DNA of 24,021 nt from the IMG/VR virus record IMGVR_UViG_638341084_000025. One strand, 5' to 3'. The notes under the pieces were generated by a model that searched no databases, had not been told where the DNA came from, and worked only from the letters and a program-made list of their open reading frames with translations. The stretch is from a virus. Its lineage: Duplodnaviria > Heunggongvirae > Uroviricota > Caudoviricetes. Shown piece by piece: positions 1-5,117 of the stretch. Position numbers and translations under genes: made by a program. Each line of letters begins with the position of its first letter. Position 1 is the stretch's first letter.

Positions 1-1020
1 TTAATCCCCCGTGGACACTGCGTGGACACTTACGCCACCTTTCAGCGGATTAAGGGCCACCGCATCCTGCAGGTAATCCGGTGCAAAATGCGCATATGCC
101 ATTGTTTGCTGAATGGTTGCGTGACCAAGAATCTTCTGAAGCGCAATAATGTTTCCTCCGTTCATCACAAAATGGCTGGCGAACGTATGCCGCAGCACAT
201 GTGCAGCCTGGCCTTTTGGTAAATCGGGCTTAACTCTTTTCAGCGCCAGGCAGAATTCCCGGTACTTCACCTCAAACAAGCCGCCTGTTTCTCTGGTTTT
301 GATCGCCTCACAAACTGCCTGCGAAATTGGCACTGTTCTCTTCCGGCCATTTTTGGTTTCAAGAAACGTTACACGGTTATGAACTATCTGTTCACCACGA
401 AGCTTACAAGCTTCACTCCAGCGCGCCCCTGTGCTTAAACACAAAAGCGCAACACGCCAGTAGTCGCCCTCCAGTGTATCGAGCAATAGCGCCACTTCCT
501 TCTGTGACAGGAACGCCATTTCTCGTGGAGATACATAAAGAATAGAAATTCCCCTTACTGGATGTTCTGCATCCCAAAGACCTATTTTTTTCAGCACGGT
601 AAACATTCCGGATAACCGATTCATGTACCTGTTAGCAGATGACGGTTTCAATCCTTCAGCTATCTTTTGAGAACGCCACGCGATAATTTTCAGCTTATCA
701 AGATCCACAGCCTGCATATCAGCGCCAAGCTCATTGATTATGTTGCGCAGTTGTTTTCGGTCTTCTTCCGCCTTACGCCTGTGCTGGCCGTGATACATCC
801 ACCACAACTCAAGCAAATCATTTAGCGTTCGACGATCACGGTAGCCCTGTATATATTCCCGCTTTTCAGCGTTCGCCATGATGTAGCGTTCAGTGGCCAC
901 CGCTACCGATTTTTTGTCAAATACCTTACGCACGCGCTTTCCCTTGCGTCCGTTCGGCCTGATGTCCAGCAAATAACGACCATCTTCGAGCTTCTTAATC
1001 GACATTACGAAGCCCTCCAA
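1..1020 (-). CDS. int: Phage integrase, tyrosine recombinase (P2 Int family)
   Basis: 339-aa minus-strand ORF; C-terminal catalytic region with the R..HxxR..Y pattern typical of tyrosine recombinases (VLRHTFASHF...GHATIQQTMAYAH); sits next to the repressor as in P2. Attachment site would be left of position 1, outside the window. Confidence 0.9.
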   Translation of the reverse strand: MEGFVMSIKKLEDGRYLLDIRPNGRKGKRVRKVFDKKSVAVATERYIMANAEKREYIQGYRDRRTLNDLLELWWMYHGQHRRKAEEDRKQLRNIINELGADMQAVDLDKLKIIAWRSQKIAEGLKPSSANRYMNRLSGMFTVLKKIGLWDAEHPVRGISILYVSPREMAFLSQKEVALLLDTLEGDYWRVALLCLSTGARWSEACKLRGEQIVHNRVTFLETKNGRKRTVPISQAVCEAIKTRETGGLFEVKYREFCLALKRVKPDLPKGQAAHVLRHTFASHFVMNGGNIIALQKILGHATIQQTMAYAHFAPDYLQDAVALNPLKGGVSVHAVSTGD

Positions 1021-1101
1021 TGAACCGCTCTACAATTTCTCCAGCCTCTTTCCAGCAATAATCAGACCAGACAAAAAGCAGGTCTAACCAGTTTTCTGGC
1101 C

Positions 1102-1422
1102 TCAGCGGGATAATTTTTGGATTGTTTCGGTTGAAACGCGATCTCCCTCCGAATTGCAGGAACCATCAAGAGAGAGAGCCGGAGAAATTTGCCCGACCTC
1201 CGGCATCGTTTCATCTGTTGATAACCAATAAGCATACTTCTTAAATTTAGGGTGTTTCGTAACCTTAAGTAAGGCACCCTCTGTTACTTGCTTCCCCCTC
1301 ACCTCATAGTTAGTTACCGTCCCATAAGGCAGCCCAACACAATCCGCAAACTCCTGGCGGGTCATACCTTCTGCTTCACGAATCAGGCGAAATTTTTCAC
1401 CCATGCTTGACAAAGATGCCAT
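1102..1422 (-). CDS. C: P2 C-type immunity repressor (HTH)
   Basis: Minus-strand ORF open to 1476; start chosen at the ATG (rc of 1420-1422) that has a GGAGG ~11 nt upstream (rc of 1434-1438). HTH segment MTRQEFADCVGLPYGTVTNYE and C-terminal KFKKYAYWL...GQISPAL resemble P2 C as remembered. Start is uncertain (alternatives up to 1476). Confidence 0.7.
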   Translation of the reverse strand: MASLSSMGEKFRLIREAEGMTRQEFADCVGLPYGTVTNYEVRGKQVTEGALLKVTKHPKFKKYAYWLSTDETMPEVGQISPALSLDGSCNSEGDRVSTETIQKLSR

Positions 1423-1535
1423 ATCGGGCATATCCTCCATCGAAACATGCCACATCGGGCACAAACATAAAAACACTCAAATAAGCCGATATAAGCCATT
1501 TTGAGCCATTCGAACGAATTAGGGAGATTACCACA
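1423..1535. promoter_or_regulatory. Lysis-lysogeny switch region between divergent C and cox (Pc/Pe-like), with candidate operator repeats
   Basis: Intergenic between divergent repressor and cox. Direct repeats ATAAGCC at 1482-1488 and 1492-1498, ATCGGGCA twice around 1423-1460, and palindrome TTCGAACGAA. P2 C is known to bind direct repeats flanking the Pe -10; exact promoter hexamers not assigned. Confidence 0.4.
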
Positions 1536-1823
1536 ATGAGCGAATCAGAGCTTGGGGGGTTCATTCAGGTAGCACCATATCCACTTGAAGCGGTGCCATA
1601 TCAACTATTCGCCAAGATGATCGGCCGCAAGGAATCCACAGTCAGAACCATGATTGACGCAGCAAAGCTACCGACAATTGACTTTGTGAAACCAGGTTCA
1701 GTAAAGACGCGTGCATCAGAAAACTGGGTATATCTGCCAGCATTTAACGAAGGCATGCGCAAAGCGTTTTTTGAGCAACCGAAAGAACGCCGCGACGCAT
1801 GGTTGTTGTGGCTGGGACTTTAG
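1536..1823 (+). CDS. cox: Cox-like excisionase / early repressor
   Basis: 95 aa; AVPYQLFAKMIGRKESTVRTMIDAAKLP...WVYLPAFN...RDAWLLWLGL matches the remembered P2 Cox pattern (IPYQEFAKLIG...WVYLPAWN...GWLMWLGL). RBS GGGAG upstream; divergent from C. Confidence 0.8.
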   Translation: MSESELGGFIQVAPYPLEAVPYQLFAKMIGRKESTVRTMIDAAKLPTIDFVKPGSVKTRASENWVYLPAFNEGMRKAFFEQPKERRDAWLLWLGL

Positions 1824-1829
1824 TCATAA

Positions 1830-2036
1830 ATGACCAGCCATATCATCAGCGCCATTCTGACCCTTGTTTTTATTGAGATAGGCGTAATAGCGATCTATTT
1901 GTTTCGCAAGTTAACGGGACATGAAGAACGCTTTATTGAACTCAGCATTGAATATATCGCCGCTTATACCAAAGGACTTTTCCCGGCAGCTATTGGGGCG
2001 ATGTTTATAGCGTTTGTTATCTGGTTTATCGGGTGA
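1830..2036 (+). CDS. Small membrane protein, two predicted TM helices, unknown function
   Basis: 68 aa, two hydrophobic stretches (IISAILTLVFIEIGVIAIYLF and AAIGAMFIAFVIWFIG), directly after cox in the early operon. Weak RBS. Confidence 0.45.
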   Translation: MTSHIISAILTLVFIEIGVIAIYLFRKLTGHEERFIELSIEYIAAYTKGLFPAAIGAMFIAFVIWFIG

Positions 2037-2179
2037 GAAACCTGACAACCCACAACTACTGCAATGAGGGTAATTATGTGTGGCATGGACAAATTGGACC
2101 TTATGTTAATTGTAATACTATCAATTAACTTCGGTTACCTCTTAAGCGGCGCAATTCTCATGTGCGGAGGCAAACGAAA

Positions 2180-2287
2180 ATGAACCAGCAGTCCGCAAAA
2201 CGTGAAAACAATGCGATGCGATTTAATCGCAAATATTTTGAGTTCGGCCTCTATGCCGGAATAATTAAATCTGTACAGAGTCTTTAA
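2180..2287 (+). CDS. Small basic protein (35 aa), hypothetical; below ORF-track cutoff
   Basis: ATG at 2180 preceded by GGAGG (2166-2170) at 9-nt spacing; translation MNQQSAKRENNAMRFNRKYFEFGLYAGIIKSVQSL; stop TAA 2285-2287 is 1 nt before the next gene's ATG (2289). Confidence 0.3.
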   Translation: MNQQSAKRENNAMRFNRKYFEFGLYAGIIKSVQSL

Positions 2288-2288
2288 C

Positions 2289-2630
2289 ATGAAACAGCAA
2301 CGTAATTCACGCTTTCGCAATGGTGCAGAACGCCACGCTAACCGTTTTGCTACCAGTGCATCACGCAGCAACATCCGCTACAGCCTGAGTGATACACACG
2401 CAACGCCGGATGGCTACCCAGTAAAACAAATCGGCGAGCATGCCTGGCTGATTGAGAAAGCTGGAATCGTGATCCACAAATGCCCACGCAATCCGTTTAC
2501 CGGAAACCGCATTTTTGCTCTAAGCAGTGGCGACAATCAGTTCGGGCAGGATTTCACATTATACGAAGCACTTCGCACGGTTGATCGTCTGCTTCGCGGG
2601 CAAAGTTTTATTAAACAGGCTGATTTATAA
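2289..2630 (+). CDS. Hypothetical early-region protein (113 aa)
   Basis: Intact ORF in the early operon with protein-like composition; no family recognised with confidence. Confidence 0.55.
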   Translation: MKQQRNSRFRNGAERHANRFATSASRSNIRYSLSDTHATPDGYPVKQIGEHAWLIEKAGIVIHKCPRNPFTGNRIFALSSGDNQFGQDFTLYEALRTVDRLLRGQSFIKQADL

Positions 2631-2640
2631 CAGGTGCTTT

Positions 2641-2928
2641 ATGACCAAAGACCATGCACAAGGTGTATTTATCCGTTTTATTGATTTTCGCGGTGAACTG
2701 TTATTACGCGCATCCGCTATTGACGGAGTGACTCCTGCGGGTAAAAACGGAGCCGACGAAGCCACTTACGTTTATCTGAACGGCACGCGACTGCTTGTGG
2801 AACTTCCGTACCAGACCGTACGAGAAATCATTAGCGAAGCTGAAAAGGCACGCCAGGTTAATGGCGATGAACCCTATATCGAAATTATTTGTATGGATTC
2901 AGAAGCTGAAATACAGAAAGCAGATTAA
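2641..2928 (+). CDS. Hypothetical early-region protein (95 aa)
   Basis: Track ORF 2527..2928 overlaps the upstream gene; the first ATG after that gene's stop is 2641 (MTKDHAQGVFIRF...). Confidence 0.5.
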   Translation: MTKDHAQGVFIRFIDFRGELLLRASAIDGVTPAGKNGADEATYVYLNGTRLLVELPYQTVREIISEAEKARQVNGDEPYIEIICMDSEAEIQKAD

Positions 2929-2939
2929 AGGGCGTTGTG

Positions 2940-3182
2940 ATGGGCAAAGAATATAAAACTCTCATTAACAAAGCACTTGAGCGTTTTTATTTTCGCTTAA
3001 GTGCATCAGGCGCTCATGCTGAACGTGCGGCCCGTGACTCATTGACCAGAGCAATCCGAAGTCTGTATGACGTGGCTTTTTACGCTGATGATCTGGATGC
3101 ACTTAACGAACTTTCCGAGCTGATCTGTGCCGCAGAATGCGGGGAACATATTGAACCGTATAAGCTGGGGAATATCGCATGA
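2940..3182 (+). CDS. Hypothetical early-region protein (80 aa)
   Basis: ATG 2940 (GTG 2937 alternative), AAGGG upstream; helical-looking protein with a short Cys/His stretch (LICAAECGEH). Confidence 0.5.
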   Translation: MGKEYKTLINKALERFYFRLSASGAHAERAARDSLTRAIRSLYDVAFYADDLDALNELSELICAAECGEHIEPYKLGNIA

Positions 3183-3292
3183 GTATATTTATCTCATGGC
3201 TTGTTCTGATTATTTCGGTGGCCTGCGCTATTGGGATTATGCGAATTATTCATTCAATAAAAAAGATTGAACGCTTTTTCACTGGCGAATAA
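3179..3292 (+). CDS. Small hydrophobic peptide (37 aa), single TM; below ORF-track cutoff
   Basis: ATG 3179-3181 overlaps the upstream stop TGA 3180-3182 (ATGA coupling); translation MSIFISWLVLIISVACAIGIMRIIHSIKKIERFFTGE is a hydrophobic helix followed by a basic tail. Locally AT-rich. Confidence 0.3.
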   Translation: MSIFISWLVLIISVACAIGIMRIIHSIKKIERFFTGE

Positions 3293-3378
3293 CAGAGCAA
3301 ATAAAACCACAGATTAAATAAGAAAATGTAAAAACAATCCGCATTCGCGGAGGTATTCGCACACGCCAAGGAGGCGTA

Positions 3379-3582
3379 ATGGCAATTAAGCATTTTCCTG
3401 TCGTTCGTTTTACCTCCAGAGGGCGNGAATACGAAGTCGACGAACGCCTGATTACCACAATCGACAAACACCGTTCAGAAAAGGATGCACATCACATCTA
3501 TCTCACTGACGGCACTTACTTCTGCGCCACGAATGTGGTGCGGGTGAACCTTATCCGACAGGTACAGGAGTCACGCAGATGA
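3379..3582 (+). CDS. Hypothetical early-region protein (67 aa)
   Basis: Strong RBS AAGGAGG before ATG 3379; ATGA-coupled to the next ORF. Contains one N (3426). Confidence 0.5.
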   Translation: MAIKHFPVVRFTSRGXEYEVDERLITTIDKHRSEKDAHHIYLTDGTYFCATNVVRVNLIRQVQESRR

Positions 3583-3824
3583 CCATTCTGGACCATATCG
3601 CCGCCAATCCGGGGTGTAGCGGTGGAGAAATCGCCGCAGCACTGAATACCCCAACCACAGCCATTAATGCGGAGTTACGCCGACTCTGGCGCAGCGGTTC
3701 AGTCATAAGAAAAGAGCGCAAAACAGGCGGTCGCTTTTCTTACCAGATAAACCCGATGCCGTTCGGGTGCGGCAATCCACTTACCAACATGTTTAACCAG
3801 CTACTGAAGGAAGCCAGAGCATGA
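3579..3824 (+). CDS. Putative winged-helix DNA-binding protein (81 aa)
   Basis: ATGA overlap with upstream ORF; ILDHIAANPGCSGGEIAAALNTPTTAINAELRRLWRSGSV looks like a helix-turn-helix/wing; fold inferred only. Confidence 0.55.
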   Translation: MTILDHIAANPGCSGGEIAAALNTPTTAINAELRRLWRSGSVIRKERKTGGRFSYQINPMPFGCGNPLTNMFNQLLKEARA

Positions 3825-4120
3825 GCGCCATCAACCACCAGGAATTACGCGAACTGGCGACTGACCTGCAACGAATGGCAACGCCTCAAAAATTACTGGC
3901 GTTTCGCGCAATGCTCTCGCCGTCTGCTGTGCTGGCGCTGCTGGATGAGCTGGAGCACGCCAGAACCACACCTCTCGCCATTCGCCTGACGCTCCGTCAT
4001 GAAATCGAGGATTTCTGCGCGACGTTGGAGGCGCCAGGCGAACCGGAAACGCCGGAAGCAATACAGAAAGAGCTGCTGCAACGCATTGACAAGGTTTTTG
4101 ATTTTTTTCTGAACCACTAA
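3821..4120 (+). CDS. Hypothetical early-region protein (99 aa)
   Basis: ATGA overlap with upstream ORF; acidic, helical-looking protein. Confidence 0.55.
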   Translation: MSAINHQELRELATDLQRMATPQKLLAFRAMLSPSAVLALLDELEHARTTPLAIRLTLRHEIEDFCATLEAPGEPETPEAIQKELLQRIDKVFDFFLNH

Positions 4121-4152
4121 GAAACCAGAACATGCACACACAAAAAAACCGC

Positions 4153-4181
4153 TTGCCATGCCGCAATCAGTCAGGTTACAT
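4153..4181 (+). promoter_or_regulatory. Candidate sigma70 promoter (TTGCCA-17 nt-TTACAT)
   Basis: -35 TTGCCA 4153-4158, 17-nt spacer, -10 TTACAT 4176-4181; by hexamer match only. Confidence 0.3.
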
Positions 4182-4187
4182 TTCCGC

Positions 4188-4263
4188 TGCACCTCACAAA
4201 ACGGGTGCCGGGTTTCGCAGCCTGCTGACTACACAAGCGCACAACCGCGCCAGCGGTTTTTTT
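4188..4263 (+). ncRNA. Candidate ~76-nt small RNA: 5' hairpin plus intrinsic terminator
   Basis: Lies between the candidate promoter and the terminator; hairpin GCACC(4189-4193)/GGTGC(4204-4208); no ribosome-binding site or credible ORF inside; carries repeats GTTTCGCAGC and ACTACACAAG that recur in the downstream leader. Confidence 0.25.
4243..4263 (+). terminator. Rho-independent terminator
   Basis: Stem AACCGC(4243-4248)/GCGGTT(4253-4258), 4-nt loop, then a run of seven T (4257-4263). Confidence 0.55.
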
Positions 4264-4275
4264 GTGCGTACTGTA

Positions 4276-4304
4276 TTGCCACGTTTTTTTCGCGTCAGAA
4301 TTAT
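4276..4304 (+). promoter_or_regulatory. Candidate second promoter (TTGCCA-17 nt-AATTAT) for the ORF76/ORF121/A transcript
   Basis: Same -35 hexamer as the upstream candidate promoter; located just after the terminator. Confidence 0.25.
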
Positions 4305-4442
4305 GGCGGGGCGTACGGGGCCGACTTCGGTCGGGCCGGGTTCTTGTGTAGCCGGTACTGCGAACCTCGTACGTCTCGCCACCCACAGTTTCGCAGCTCT
4401 GGATGGTGAGTTTTCACAACTTACTACACAAGGGGCCACACC

Positions 4443-4673
4443 ATGGCAAACCGCAAACCACACCGCGCTATCGCGGAGCGTCGTCACATCCAGACTGAAA
4501 TCAACCGCAGACTTTCCCGCGCATCACGCGTCGCGCAAATCATGCACATCAATATGTTGCATGAGCGCAGCCACGCACTATCAAACATTTATTCCGCCTC
4601 TGTTTTCAGCTATCTGGCGGATGATCTGCACGAGCTTCAACAGCTCATCCAGCAGCAAAACAAACTCCATTAA
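4443..4673 (+). CDS. Hypothetical small basic protein (76 aa)
   Basis: ATG 4443 with AAGGGG at 7-nt spacing; Arg/His-rich, no Cys; no family recognised. Confidence 0.4.
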   Translation: MANRKPHRAIAERRHIQTEINRRLSRASRVAQIMHINMLHERSHALSNIYSASVFSYLADDLHELQQLIQQQNKLH

Positions 4674-4745
4674 TTCCTGTTCCGGGCCTTTCCTGCACCT
4701 TGCGGCGGGAGGCCTTCGCACATCTGTAACAAGAGGATTGCCGCA

Positions 4746-5111
4746 ATGATTCTCGCCAACGACTTTCTTGAATACCTGCTCAACACAGAACGTGATCTTG
4801 CCGCTCGCGTGCGTGATCGTTATGACATGTACCTGAAATCCCTGCCTGTACCGCAGCTCGCTGACGGAAAGATTGTTATTGATGGTCGCTACATGATTGA
4901 CAGCCACGAGGGAAATTACAGGCTTTACCGCATTGAAGGTGGCACCCCGTCCGTTATTGGCATTTACCAGCGCCCATCCTCTGCAATCGTCGATGTGATT
5001 GCCGACAGCATCCGCATCACACATCGCCATGCCGACACAGAAGACACCGTGCTGGAAATTCAGCGGCTGGCTACAGTCTGCCGCGACACCCTGAATGGCA
5101 TGACGAAGTAA
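4746..5111 (+). CDS. Hypothetical protein (121 aa) immediately upstream of A
   Basis: Intact ORF ending 6 nt before the A start; globular-looking composition. Confidence 0.5.
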   Translation: MILANDFLEYLLNTERDLAARVRDRYDMYLKSLPVPQLADGKIVIDGRYMIDSHEGNYRLYRIEGGTPSVIGIYQRPSSAIVDVIADSIRITHRHADTEDTVLEIQRLATVCRDTLNGMTK

Positions 5112-5117
5112 ATCACT

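Noticed and set aside
3250-3471. Minus-strand ORFs 3250-3471 and 3279-3467
   Set aside because: They span an N base and an AT-rich intergenic stretch and run antisense to a better-supported small plus-strand ORF and the strong RBS of the next gene.
4121-4442. Retron (msr/msd) hypothesis for the repeat-rich structured segment
   Set aside because: No reverse transcriptase gene follows; the downstream ORFs are small and not RT-like.
4132-4749. 205-aa track ORF and the overlapping ORFs at 4158-4409 (+), 4171-4386 (-), 4194-4487 (-)
   Set aside because: They overlap each other in several frames, translate to low-complexity Ser/Thr/Arg-rich sequence, lack convincing RBSs, and sit in a region dense in hairpins and terminators; treated as non-coding structured DNA/RNA.
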